Part shown: in pieces, positions 27,613 to 37,924 of the stretch | Numbering within the stretch: the first letter of the stretch is position 1 | How the letters are laid out: every line of letters starts with the position of its first letter | Translations under genes and position numbers: made by a program | The notes under the pieces: generated by a model | The model's input: the letters and a program-made list of their open reading frames with translations, nothing else | Told to the model about the DNA's origin: nothing | The model's database searches: none | Assembly (NCBI RefSeq): GCF_031769215.1 | Contig: NW_026782399.1 | Span: 1-64,000 of the forward strand | Origin: Ylistrum balloti | Taxonomy: Eukaryota | Direction: 5' to 3' | DNA length: 64,000 nt

Positions 27613-28719
27613 TTAATCCCTTATTTTTTTATATAATCCCCATATTTCTTCCCTTACTATAATAGCTTTTTCAATGAGTTTTTGGTTAATGTAGTAATTA
27701 CTCCTCCCCTTGACTTCTTTTTCTAAGATTTTTTCTTGGGTTAAAGTCTCTAAATAACGACTAGCCGTTTGGCGGTGGACTTTTAAATCTTTTTCAATAA
27801 ACTCTATTTTTGTATAAGGATATTTGAATAAAGAATTAATCAAATCTTGACTATACATTTTAGGATATTTCTTTCTAATCGTTTGTTTGTGATCCTGCAT
27901 CAGTTGAACAATTTCCTTTGTTAATAAAGTCATTTCATAAGCACAAAAAACAACCCCCTCCAGCATAAAAACAATCCAATCTTCCCATTTATCGCTATTT
28001 CTTACTTCCTGTAGTAATCGATAATAATCATCTTTAAATTCAACGATGTAACGGCTTAAATATAAAACAGGGATATCTAATAATCCCTTAAGGGACAAAT
28101 ACAATATATTAATAATCCTTCCCGTTCTACCATTGCCATCATAGAAAGGATGAATGCTTTCAAATTGATGATGAATGATCGCCATTTTTATTAAAGGGTC
28201 TAATTCGCTAATAGAATCATCATTGATAAATTTTTCTAAATTGGTCATTAGGTCTTTTATTTCGTTATGGTCTTGAGGAGGAGTATAAACTATTTCTCCA
28301 TGATTATTTCTTAGTTTTGTACCCAGTTGTTTTCTAAACCCAGCGTTATGATTTTCTAATAAAGTTTTTTGTATAGAAAGAATAAGGTTATTGTTTAATA
28401 GTTTATTTTTTTTAATGCCTGTGAATCCTTGTATAAGGGCTTTTTCATAGTTCCTTACTTCTTTGATATTGCTCGTTAAATTATTTTCAATTTTACTTTT
28501 ATATAACTCGTCCATAGTTGTTACAATCCTTTCAACTTCCGAGCTAGCCTGAGCTTCTTGTAATGGCAACAAGTTTAATAGCACTGCTTCATTAGGAACG
28601 GTCTTAATGATGCCATTTAGTTCTCCTAAACGCCTATGTGCTTCTGCTGCCTTTTTTAAAACCCTTTTTGTCTCTATGTCTTGGGGGAGTGGTAGTTTTT
28701 TTAGTTTGTTAATCACCAT
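27613..28719 (-). CDS. Fic family protein (SoFic-like, C-terminal winged HTH)
   Basis: HPFYDGNGRTGR active-site motif; N-terminal SSEVER inhibitory-like helix; GGAG RBS upstream. Confidence 0.92.
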   Translation of the reverse strand: MVINKLKKLPLPQDIETKRVLKKAAEAHRRLGELNGIIKTVPNEAVLLNLLPLQEAQASSEVERIVTTMDELYKSKIENNLTSNIKEVRNYEKALIQGFTGIKKNKLLNNNLILSIQKTLLENHNAGFRKQLGTKLRNNHGEIVYTPPQDHNEIKDLMTNLEKFINDDSISELDPLIKMAIIHHQFESIHPFYDGNGRTGRIINILYLSLKGLLDIPVLYLSRYIVEFKDDYYRLLQEVRNSDKWEDWIVFMLEGVVFCAYEMTLLTKEIVQLMQDHKQTIRKKYPKMYSQDLINSLFKYPYTKIEFIEKDLKVHRQTASRYLETLTQEKILEKEVKGRSNYYINQKLIEKAIIVREEIWGLYKKIRD

Positions 28720-28726
28720 CTCTCCT

Positions 28727-31308
28727 TCATTTTAAAACCTCATCTTGAATAAATTGTTTATCTTCCATAACTATGTTTGAATTCTCACTCAATAACAATT
28801 TATACTTAAATTTATTAGTCAAGTATGCTTTAAAATACTTTTCTTTTATTTTAAAATCTTCTTCTAAATGTTTTCCCTTTGTCTCTAAAAATATAAATTC
28901 TCCATTTTTTTTAATAATTAAAAAATCTGGGGTGTAATTTCTTAAAACTCCCTTTTTATCTCTATATTCAAAAACTAAATCAGTTTTACTTTTATCAGTA
29001 ATTCCACCAACAAATAAAAAATCTTTTATATTTTCTCTTTTCTCTTGAATTTGATTTAATACAAATTCAAACAAATCTACTTCTAAATTTGAATCGAATT
29101 TATAAGGGGTATAATGAAAACTTAAATCATTTAAATTCGGATAGCTTGCTTTATCTTTTAATAAAGCATCTAATTTTTCTTTATTAACTAAAATTGTAGT
29201 GGTATAAATTTTAACTCCATCATCATTTGTTTCTTCTTTAAACCCTTCTTTTTTAATAATGGTTAAAAGTTCTTCAATTTCTTTTTCTTCTGTTTTGTAA
29301 TTATCTATTTGCTTTTCAATTTGTTTTTTAATATCTTCAAATGCTAAAATTGAAATTTCATTTTGAAATAATTCTTTCAATTTATCAAATATTTCAAAAT
29401 AATCTAATGAATAAAGATTAACTAATTTTTGTGTTGCTTGATAAATATCTAAAATTCTTTGTTTTCATTTTTAATATCTAAAATTTCTTTTTCTGTTAAT
29501 TCTCCCTTTTTAATTTTTGAAAAATCATATTTAATTAATTTAGATTTATTCTCTTCTATTATTTGCGGCTTTTCAATACTTATATTTTTAATAACACTTT
29601 CTTTCTTCAAATATTTTTTAATTTTTCTTTTTACTTTTAGCTGAGGTAATTTATCATCATATTTAATTAAAGTTATTTTTTTTTCTACAAATTTATTTTT
29701 ACTATTTTTTATAATTTGTAAATCTTCTCCATAAGTATCTTTTAATTGATTTTCTAAAATAGCAGTATTTTTTTGTGATAAATAAATTCTTGCTGGCTTA
29801 GTGTTATTAACAATTTGTCTTAAACATCTAGTAGATGCTTGTAAAACAAAATTATTAGAATTTCCTAAGTCTCTTGCCAAACAACAAGAAAATAAAGAAG
29901 GACAGTTCCAACCTTCTTTCCCCATTCCAACTAATAGAAATATTCTATAAGGTAGGTTTTTATCATTTATTCTATTAATAAAAATATCTTTGTCTTTATC
30001 ACTTGATTTTGAATTTACTTCAAAAATGCAATTACTATCTAAACCATATTCTAAAACTTTTTTTTCAATAAAAGGTTTTATTTTTTTGACATCTTCTATT
30101 GTTGGAAAATAGATGGCTATTTTTGATTTTTGATCTCCGTCAATTTTAATGTCTTTATATTCGTTAAAAAAATCATCTAAAACCATTGATATGAAATTTT
30201 CATCTCTAACTTCACTATAAGAATAAATATTCCCTCTAATATCTTTTAAAATATTTTCTTCTATTCCTTCAATTAATCCATACCAAAAAACAACATCTTT
30301 TAAGATTTGTTTTTTGAAATAAGGTGTTCCTGTGGTATTAATAACAACTTTTAAGTCTGTTTTATTTGAGAGATAATCAATCGTTTGTCTAACTTTTTTA
30401 AGCTCTTTGTCTAATTGTATTCCATAGGTATTGTGTGCTTCATCAGAAAAAATCCCTAAATTAGAAAGAGTGGATAGTGTTAGCAGCCTTAGATTATAAA
30501 CATTTTCATTTTCATTTTCTTGTATTTGTTTTTTTGTGCTTAATAAATTTTGTGTTATTTTTTTAGAGAGTATTCTTATTTTTTCAATATTGGTTATTAT
30601 AATGTTATATTCACTCTTTTTGATAATGGGTATATCTTTTTGATTATCTTGGGTATAGGTTATTTTAAGGTTATTTTTTAATATTGTAGAAAATCTTTTT
30701 GGAAGTATTAAATCAATATCAATATAAGAAATTTCTTTTAATGAGCCAATAATTGTTTTTCCAGGAGCAAATACAAGTGCATTTTTTAAAAATTTGTCAC
30801 CTTTTGTTCTTAAAGATAGGGCAAATTCAATATAAATAATAGTTCCAATTAATATAGTTTTTCCAGCACCCATAACAAGAGAAAAAATATAACTTGGATA
30901 ATCTAATAATAAACTTTCTTTTAAATTTTCTAATTTGTATTTTTTTACAAATTCATTATCATTTTTAATTTTATCGAATAAATTATCAATTCCTCCATTT
31001 GATAAAATCTCAATTAAATCATTTTGTTCTAATTCTATGCCTAATGATTTAAATAAATTATTAGACTCAAAATATTCTTTGTATAAATCTATAATTTTTT
31101 TATTATCTTTTTTAAATCTTAAAAATAAATATGTTTCAAGAGCTTCAAATTGTGGTTTTCTTAAAAATTTTAATTTTTTTTTCCCCTCATCTAAAAATTG
31201 AAAATCTAAAATTTCTTTAATCTCTTCAAATTCACATCGATACTTTTGCTCCCTCCATTTTTTTACACCTTCTTTTATTGTTTTGTATAAACTCATTTGA
31301 TTCGACAT
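28727..31308 (-). pseudogene. res: Type III RM helicase/endonuclease (Res), frameshifted near 29452
   Basis: 619-aa ORF has MGAGKT, SDEAH and GWNCP; one more T in GAATTTTAGAT continues LDIYQATQKL... into the 217-aa ORF carrying YTPDF...ETKG (PD-(D/E)xK). Confidence 0.82.
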
Positions 31309-31401
31309 TTTTCTTCTTCTGTATATTCTTTGATATTATACAATATGATATTTATACTACTGTACTTTGCTACACTTCGTCCTAATTACAAATTAGGGAA
31401 A

Positions 31402-31737
31402 CTATTTCAAAAGTTTTGCGATTTTCGCTTCCATCTCAGTTTCCGTGATAGCAAGATGTGAAGCATGCCAGATGGCTTTTGAGTTTTCGATAAGAAATAT
31501 TTGCGGAGATTGGTGTGTGATGGAAAAAAAATCAGCGATATGGTTGGACAGTGGGCGCCCTTCAACGACTAAGACGATGTAAATGAGGGTGTCGGGATTC
31601 CTGCCCTTGTATTTTTCTACATTACGATGAGCTTGAGCTGAGAGCGGGCAGATAGTAGAGTGTTTAAAAAGAAAAAAAGGTTTTTTTTGACTTTCTATTA
31701 AATGATTGAAATCTTCAATGGTTTCTAATAGCTTCAT
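31402..31737 (-). CDS. ytxJ: YtxJ / DUF2847 thioredoxin-fold protein
   Basis: FKHSTICPLS, ITHQSPQ motifs. Confidence 0.85.
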   Translation of the reverse strand: MKLLETIEDFNHLIESQKKPFFLFKHSTICPLSAQAHRNVEKYKGRNPDTLIYIVLVVEGRPLSNHIADFFSITHQSPQIFLIENSKAIWHASHLAITETEMEAKIAKLLK

Positions 31738-31791
31738 AGATGTTTAATTGATGGAGATTGATAATCTTAATGCTATTATCGTTTTAATCAT

Positions 31792-32964
31792 TTAGGACAT
31801 TAGAGATTTTTCTTCTTTTAATCTCATTGAGTGGATCAGATCGGGAAATAGGATTTGTTCAATTCTTTTTTTTACAAGATCCAAATTAATATTTTCTTTG
31901 GCTGAAATCATGATGCCAGAATAAGTGTCCACCCATTTTTTGACCTCTGCAATTTTTTCTTCACCTAAGAGATCCACTTTATTGAATAAATATAACATAG
32001 GAATGGATTGAGCATTAATATCATGAATGATCTCTTCAACAAACTTAATTTTACTGATGAATTCCTCGTCGCTGGTATCAATCACTTGGATGAGGAGGTC
32101 AGACTCAATGGTTTCAAGAAGGGTGGATTTGAAGGCATTGATCAATGTGGGGGGTAGGTTGCGGATGAATCCAATCGTATCAGAAATCAAGACGGTTTGT
32201 TGCGTCTTGGAAAGGTAAAGACGCGTGGTGGTAGTGTCTAAAGTCGCAAACAACTCATCTTTTATCAAAACATTGCGTTTGCTCAAGGTTGTGAAAAGAT
32301 GGGATTTTCCAGCATTGGTATACCCCACAATGGAGATGCACTTGAAACCATTTTTTTTGCGTCTTTTTAAATTGTTGTTTCTCAAGCCCTCCAATTTTTT
32401 TAACCGATCCTTAATAATTTTCTTCTGCTTAGATAAGTGACGCTTCATTATTTCTGTATTGGTCTCACCAGTTCCCCGTGTTCCAATTCCAGCACCTTGT
32501 TGACTCAATTCGGTGCCCATCCCGTAAATGCGTGGTCCGAAATGTTCAATGCGAGCCAATTCTAATTGCAATTTGGCTTCGGCTGTTTTAGCATGCTTGG
32601 AAAAAATCATCAAGATCAAGTCAACGCGATCCCAAACCTCAATTTTCTTTTTCTTTTTTTCAATGATTTCTTCAATGGCATAAATCTGCCTTAGTAGAAG
32701 GGTATCGTTAATAATTAATAGATCCGCTTTGATCTCATCTCCCAATTCTAAAAGTTCTTCTAACTTGCTAAGACCAATGTAAGAGTTGCGGGAAGCATGG
32801 AATCGTCTCTGAATAATTTTGTAATGAGTTATACCTCCATAGGTTTTAAGAAGGCTTTCCGTTTCCTCCATTCGGCTTACCACCTCACCCCTAATCTCAT
32901 GGGGCAGGATAATGTCGAATACAATTGCATTCCGCAGTTTAGGAGTATTGGCTATTAAATTCAT
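31792..32964 (-). CDS. hflX: GTPase HflX
   Basis: GIGTRGTGET, VGYTNAGKS, LFATLD, DTIGFI, NKVD. Confidence 0.95.
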   Translation of the reverse strand: MNLIANTPKLRNAIVFDIILPHEIRGEVVSRMEETESLLKTYGGITHYKIIQRRFHASRNSYIGLSKLEELLELGDEIKADLLIINDTLLLRQIYAIEEIIEKKKKKIEVWDRVDLILMIFSKHAKTAEAKLQLELARIEHFGPRIYGMGTELSQQGAGIGTRGTGETNTEIMKRHLSKQKKIIKDRLKKLEGLRNNNLKRRKKNGFKCISIVGYTNAGKSHLFTTLSKRNVLIKDELFATLDTTTTRLYLSKTQQTVLISDTIGFIRNLPPTLINAFKSTLLETIESDLLIQVIDTSDEEFISKIKFVEEIIHDINAQSIPMLYLFNKVDLLGEEKIAEVKKWVDTYSGIMISAKENINLDLVKKRIEQILFPDLIHSMRLKEEKSLMS

Positions 32965-33007
32965 GGATGCAGGTACTTCTTAATAAACCCAAGAGAAAAA
33001 AATGGCA

Positions 33008-33367
33008 TCAAATAACTGATAAGAGGGTAAAAATCCATATAAAAGAGTGGATGACTATAGCGATGAATACCGCTCCACAACCCAAGTCCTTTACTTTGCC
33101 TGCTAAATCGTTTGGATTGGGAAAGAGGTAATCAGCAAGGTTTTCTAATGCCGTATTGATTAATTCAATCATCATGATGACCAGGTAGGACAGGAGAAGA
33201 AGTAATTTATTCCACCTACCAATTTCGGAGGGGAGTAAAATTAATAAAATACATAAAACCAGAAGCCCCACTGTCTCTAGACGAAAAGACATCTCTTCTT
33301 TAAAGGCGATTTTCAATCCCTTTATAGAATAGATAAGAGATTGAAAAAGTTTTTTAAAAACCTTCAA
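33008..33367 (-). CDS. dgkA: Diacylglycerol kinase
   Basis: ELINTALE, AGKVKDLGCGAV. Confidence 0.88.
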   Translation of the reverse strand: MKVFKKLFQSLIYSIKGLKIAFKEEMSFRLETVGLLVLCILLILLPSEIGRWNKLLLLLSYLVIMMIELINTALENLADYLFPNPNDLAGKVKDLGCGAVFIAIVIHSFIWIFTLLSVI

Positions 33368-33376
33368 TGTGTTCGC

Positions 33377-35020
33377 TTATTGCTTTTTCTTCTTATGGTT
33401 CATGAAACGGTAGGCAAAGTCAACAAGTAGACGAACGCCAAAACCGCTACCCCCTTTACTCGAATGCCCTTGAGATTGGGTGGATTCCATCACGGGAGCA
33501 ATGTCAAGGTGTGCCCATTTCCCGCGATATTCTTCGGGGATGAATTGCTCCAAGAATTTAGCTGCGGTACTTGCTCCACCGTAGGGGCTTCCGATATTTT
33601 TCAAGTCGGCGACATCGGATTGCAACTCCTTGAGATAAATGTCATCAATGGGGAGTCGCCATAGAGCTTCGTCAACCTGGCGAGAGGAAACAAGCAAATT
33701 CTCGGCCAAGTCATCGCTCGGCGTGAAAAGACCACCATAGTGTTGCCCCAAGGCAACGATGCAAGCACCCGTTAAGGTAGCGAGGTCAACAGTGCAGTCA
33801 GGATTATATTTTTTAACACCATAATTTAAGGCATCACAGAGAATGAGACGTCCTTCCGCATCAGTATTTAATACCTCCACACTTTTTCCAGAATAAGTTT
33901 GGATAATATCGTTCACCTTCATCGCTCCGCTTCCTGTCATGTTGTCAGTAATGGGGATGATTGCCACTACACGCGACGAGTAGCCGGTCTTAACCAATGC
34001 TTCAAAAGCAGAGATGACAGTAGCCGCTCCAGCCATATCCATCTTCATACCAATCATGGCATTGGGTGACTTGAGTGAAAGCCCTCCGCTGTCGAACATC
34101 ACTCCTTTGCCGACCATCATAAAGGTAGAGGTGTTTAGATTGTTAGGTCGGAAATTGTCTAGGATAATCATCTTCGCTTCGTGTTTGGATCCCGCATTAA
34201 CCGAAAGGATGGCATTCATTTTCATTTTTTTAAGTTCTGCTTTGCCGAAAATCCGACAATTAACTTTCAAAGAATGAGCCATTTCCCGTACTTGTTTGGA
34301 TAGGCTTTCTGTATGAAGAACATTGGGAGGTTCATTCACCAGATCGCGAGCACGGAATACACTTTCTTTAACAGCTTGGGCTTGCTTGAGTAGGTGGTTG
34401 ATATCGCATTGTTTTTTCAATAGAGTGGGAATGGTGATGATCACTTCAAATTTATTCGATGGAGGGTTTTTTTTAGAAGAATTTTTATCGCTTTTATATT
34501 TTGAAAACTGATAACATCCCAAGTGCAATCCTTCTACAAATGCCGTTAAATATCGTATGGTTTCTTCATTGCTGAAATGGTTAAAAGAGGAAAGATCAAC
34601 AACTTGGGGAAGATCGCTTTTTTTTGCAAATGCTTGTTTTGAAATCATGCCTCCAATAGAACGAAAATCATTCGTAATGCTTTTAATGGGACAGCTGTGA
34701 TAGCTTTGTTTTTTCCGTAAGCGAGGAGATTTCCCCAATGAAAAAAAAGTCATTTGTTCAAAATTAAATTCTTTTTCTCGATAGAGGACGAGTTGTGAAG
34801 TTGCATCAGTTTTTAAATGTTTGTCCTCTACTGACTGTTTTAGCAGTTTTTGAAAATGAACAGAAGAAAGAAGAAGGGTTTTCAAAGGATTATTTTTTAT
34901 ATTCTTGTTTGAAGGGGTTTCTTTTAAGTCATTCTTGTCATTAAAGAACAGAATGATTTGATTAATCTTTTTTTTCTTTTCTAATGTGGTTTGGATGTTA
35001 ATTTTGAGATTTGTTTTCAT
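33377..35020 (-). CDS. pepA: Leucyl aminopeptidase (M17)
   Basis: GKGVMFDSGGLSLK, MKMDMAGAA, NTDAEGRL, AHLDIA; start moved to ATG 35020 to reduce overlap with lspA. Confidence 0.93.
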   Translation of the reverse strand: MKTNLKINIQTTLEKKKKINQIILFFNDKNDLKETPSNKNIKNNPLKTLLLSSVHFQKLLKQSVEDKHLKTDATSQLVLYREKEFNFEQMTFFSLGKSPRLRKKQSYHSCPIKSITNDFRSIGGMISKQAFAKKSDLPQVVDLSSFNHFSNEETIRYLTAFVEGLHLGCYQFSKYKSDKNSSKKNPPSNKFEVIITIPTLLKKQCDINHLLKQAQAVKESVFRARDLVNEPPNVLHTESLSKQVREMAHSLKVNCRIFGKAELKKMKMNAILSVNAGSKHEAKMIILDNFRPNNLNTSTFMMVGKGVMFDSGGLSLKSPNAMIGMKMDMAGAATVISAFEALVKTGYSSRVVAIIPITDNMTGSGAMKVNDIIQTYSGKSVEVLNTDAEGRLILCDALNYGVKKYNPDCTVDLATLTGACIVALGQHYGGLFTPSDDLAENLLVSSRQVDEALWRLPIDDIYLKELQSDVADLKNIGSPYGGASTAAKFLEQFIPEEYRGKWAHLDIAPVMESTQSQGHSSKGGSGFGVRLLVDFAYRFMNHKKKKQ

Positions 35021-35609
35021 AGTTTTTTTTCTTTTGGAATAAAATTGAAATGATAAGTGCAAAAAAGCCACAGGTGATGAACACATCAGCTAAATTGAAA
35101 ATGGGCCAAGGGTTTAAAAGTTTTATATCGGAATCAGGTATGTACCACTTCACATAATCGATGACATAGCCATGAGTGAAACGGTTAATGACATTGCCTA
35201 ACCCTCCAGCGCAAACAAGTAGGAAAGGGATGAAGTTTTCCATTTTTTGGAAGAAGAAAACGAGCAAGATGACTGTTAAGCCAAGTAGTTGAAGCAGTTT
35301 GAAGAACCAACTAAGGGTTTCAGGTGAAAATCTTTTTTCAAGAAAAGATAGAAGAGAAAAACCAATGTTATAGTTACGGACATAAAGGAATGACCAAAAA
35401 TTATCAATGACTTTGATTTCTTGAATTATATATTTTTTGTTTTCTGGGTCATTGCCGAATACCACCAAAGATTCATTCTCTTCCAAGTTGATTGAGATAG
35501 ATGGATTGGCTTCTCTCACCCAGTTGTCCTCCACCCAATCTTTTACAATGAGGTCAATTCCTGTCAGTATGGCAATGCCTATTAAGAAAAAAGAGGTTTT
35601 TTTTTTCAA
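34998..35609 (-). CDS. lspA: Lipoprotein signal peptidase II
   Basis: NYNIGFS, GGLGNVINR, VIDY, FNLAD. Confidence 0.88.
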   Translation of the reverse strand: MKKKTSFFLIGIAILTGIDLIVKDWVEDNWVREANPSISINLEENESLVVFGNDPENKKYIIQEIKVIDNFWSFLYVRNYNIGFSLLSFLEKRFSPETLSWFFKLLQLLGLTVILLVFFFQKMENFIPFLLVCAGGLGNVINRFTHGYVIDYVKWYIPDSDIKLLNPWPIFNLADVFITCGFFALIISILFQKKKNYENKSQN

Positions 35610-35620
35610 ATGTAATTCGA

Positions 35621-36013
35621 CTATCGATGACCTTTTTGGTAATTCGTCACTAATCGTTGATAGTCTTCTTCACTAAAAGAAAGTTTGGGATTAGAGAAAT
35701 TTATGTCGGATACTTTATCGATCGGGACGAGATGAATGTGCGTGTGTGGAACTTCCAATCCAACCACGGCAACCCCGATGCGTTGGCAAGATACGATTTC
35801 TCTTAGACGTTGTGAAACCTGTTTGGCAAACTTTTGTAGTTCTAAATAATCTGTTTCTTCAAGGTCAAATAAGTAGTCGATTTCTTTTTTGGGTACTACC
35901 AGGGTGTGCCCCCATTTAATGGGTTGGATGTCAAGGAAAGCAATGCAATGTTGATTCTCTTCAAGAATGTATCCTGGCAACTCTCGGTTAATGATTTTAG
36001 TAAAAATAGTCAT
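35621..36013 (-). CDS. HIT family hydrolase
   Basis: VPHTHIHLVP triad, LDIQPIKWGHTLV. Confidence 0.92.
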   Translation of the reverse strand: MTIFTKIINRELPGYILEENQHCIAFLDIQPIKWGHTLVVPKKEIDYLFDLEETDYLELQKFAKQVSQRLREIVSCQRIGVAVVGLEVPHTHIHLVPIDKVSDINFSNPKLSFSEEDYQRLVTNYQKGHR

Positions 36014-36051
36014 TTTGTGCTTCTTTTAATGATAATTAATTTATTGTCAAT

Positions 36052-36966
36052 CTATCGTCTCTTTAGCTGTGTGAACAAAAAACTCAAAATAGCTTTTTGA
36101 ACATGGAGGCGATTCTCAGCTTGGTCAAAAACTTTGGAATGCTTCCCATCAATGATTGACTCACTCACTTCTAATCCTCGATAGGCTGGGAGACAATGCA
36201 AGAAAATATAATCTTTTGTTGCGTCTTTTAGTAAGCGATCGTTCACTTGAAAGCCTTTGAAAGCTTTGAGTTTGTTTGCTTTAGATTCCTTGTCTCCCAT
36301 AGAGAACCATGTGTCGGTATAAATTACATTGCACCCCTTAACTGCCGATTGGGGGTGATGGTTAAACTCAATCCAACGGTCGTTCACCAAGCAATCTTTC
36401 AACACCGATTTTGGACAAGCATGGGATGGAGGGGTTGTGACTCGCAGAGGCCATTTTAATAAACTGCAGAGTTCAATCAAGGAGGTAGCAACATTGTTTC
36501 CATCACCGACATAGGCGATCTTGGGTTTAGCAACATGTTCATTGATGGTGAAGGCATCCGCTAACACTTGACAGGGGTGGTGTCGGTTGCTCAGCCCATT
36601 AATGATTGGAATCGTGGATGTCTTGGACAAATTTTCTAACACGTCATGATCATTGTTACGGATAATCAGGCAGTGAAAATAACGCTCCAATACGCGAAAG
36701 GTATCGGAAAAGCTTTCCCCTCTTTTAACCTGCGTATTTTCTCTTGTTAAAAAGATATTTTCTCCTCCGAGTTCCTTGATCCCCACTTCAAAAGAAATGC
36801 GTGTACGAGTAGACGACTTTTGAAAAAACAAACCAATGATTTTGCCAGTGAGAGTCTTTTTCCTTATCGTCTCCCTTCTTTTTTTGAACAACAGAGTTTC
36901 TTTGAGGATCTGATTAATCTCAGAGTAAGAAAAATCGGAAGGTTTTAAAAAATGCCTTTGTTTCAT
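36052..36966 (-). CDS. argF: Ornithine carbamoyltransferase
   Basis: SSTRTRISF, HHPCQ, YTDTW.SMG, HCLPA. Confidence 0.95.
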   Translation of the reverse strand: MKQRHFLKPSDFSYSEINQILKETLLFKKRRETIRKKTLTGKIIGLFFQKSSTRTRISFEVGIKELGGENIFLTRENTQVKRGESFSDTFRVLERYFHCLIIRNNDHDVLENLSKTSTIPIINGLSNRHHPCQVLADAFTINEHVAKPKIAYVGDGNNVATSLIELCSLLKWPLRVTTPPSHACPKSVLKDCLVNDRWIEFNHHPQSAVKGCNVIYTDTWFSMGDKESKANKLKAFKGFQVNDRLLKDATKDYIFLHCLPAYRGLEVSESIIDGKHSKVFDQAENRLHVQKAILSFLFTQLKRR

Positions 36967-37017
36967 TTTAAAATTAAAGAATTAATTATAGAATAAACTA
37001 TATTAAAAATCAAGAAT

Positions 37018-37794
37018 ATGAAAAAGAAAGACACTAAACAGATTAAACCTCTTTTACTAATCACTGGTGGAACCAGGGGTATTGGAGCCGCTCTTGCTTG
37101 TTTGTCTGTAAAAGATTATCGGCTCGCCCTTGTTTATCATCGAAACCACGAGGCTGCTCATGCCCTACAAGATCGGATCTTTGCTAATCATAAGAAAGTG
37201 AGAAAAGAAGAAGTCCAGGTTTATGCAAGTGATCTCTCTAAGCCGTTGCAAGTTAAGAAAGTTTTTGCACAGGTTCGAAAAGAAATGGGTCCCGTCTCTT
37301 ACTTGGTAAACAATGTTGCTAAGATTGGAGAAATTGCTAATTTTGATAAAATAAGCCTGCGGCGCTTTCAAAAAACCTTCTCAACAAATTGCTATAGTGT
37401 TATTTCGTGCATTAAGGAAGCCCTTCACCAAATGAGGGAACATCCACGCAAACAGGACAAGTGCATTATCAATATTTCGTCAGGAGCGGTTAGAACTGGT
37501 GCACCCCATGAGTACATCGACTATTCCATGAGTAAGGGAGCTTTGGAATCCCTCACTTTTGGATTAGCAAGGGAATTGGTTGTAGATAACATACGCGTCA
37601 ATGGAGTTCGACCCGGAGTTATAGACACCGACATTCACCCTAATAAAGAAACTCGAATTCAAACAAAAGTCCCTATCATTCCTATGGGACGCATCGGCAA
37701 GGCAGAAGAGGTGGCAGAGGGCATTTTGTGGTTGCTTTCTCGAAAAGCATCCTATGTAACAGCAACTTTTCTCGACATAGCTGGGGGCAAATAA
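37018..37794 (+). CDS. Short-chain dehydrogenase/reductase
   Basis: TGGTRGIG, YSMSK (YxxxK), RVNGVRPG. Confidence 0.9.
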   Translation: MKKKDTKQIKPLLLITGGTRGIGAALACLSVKDYRLALVYHRNHEAAHALQDRIFANHKKVRKEEVQVYASDLSKPLQVKKVFAQVRKEMGPVSYLVNNVAKIGEIANFDKISLRRFQKTFSTNCYSVISCIKEALHQMREHPRKQDKCIINISSGAVRTGAPHEYIDYSMSKGALESLTFGLARELVVDNIRVNGVRPGVIDTDIHPNKETRIQTKVPIIPMGRIGKAEEVAEGILWLLSRKASYVTATFLDIAGGK

Positions 37795-37924
37795 AAATTT
37801 AAACATTTAATTAACTGGATAAAATTTAATAACACAAGTTATTTTTTAACTTGTATAGTATAATTAAATAATCATTCGGGAAATGGGAAAGATTGTCGAT
37901 AATTAATGAGTTGAAAATTCCATA

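Larger units (their letters stand above)
25660..31340. mobile_element. Probable horizontally acquired RM island (boundaries approximate)
   Basis: Visibly more AT-rich than the flanks; res-fic-mod content; abuts the tRNA 5' side; no integrase or att duplication seen. Confidence 0.5.

Noticed and set aside
25554-31400. tRNA-targeted integrative element
   Set aside because: The island lies on the 5' side of the tRNA, there is no duplicated tRNA 3' fragment at the far end, and no integrase.
33377-35086. Track start of pepA at 35086
   Set aside because: It would overlap lspA by 89 nt with an atypical N-terminus; ATG 35020 fits better.
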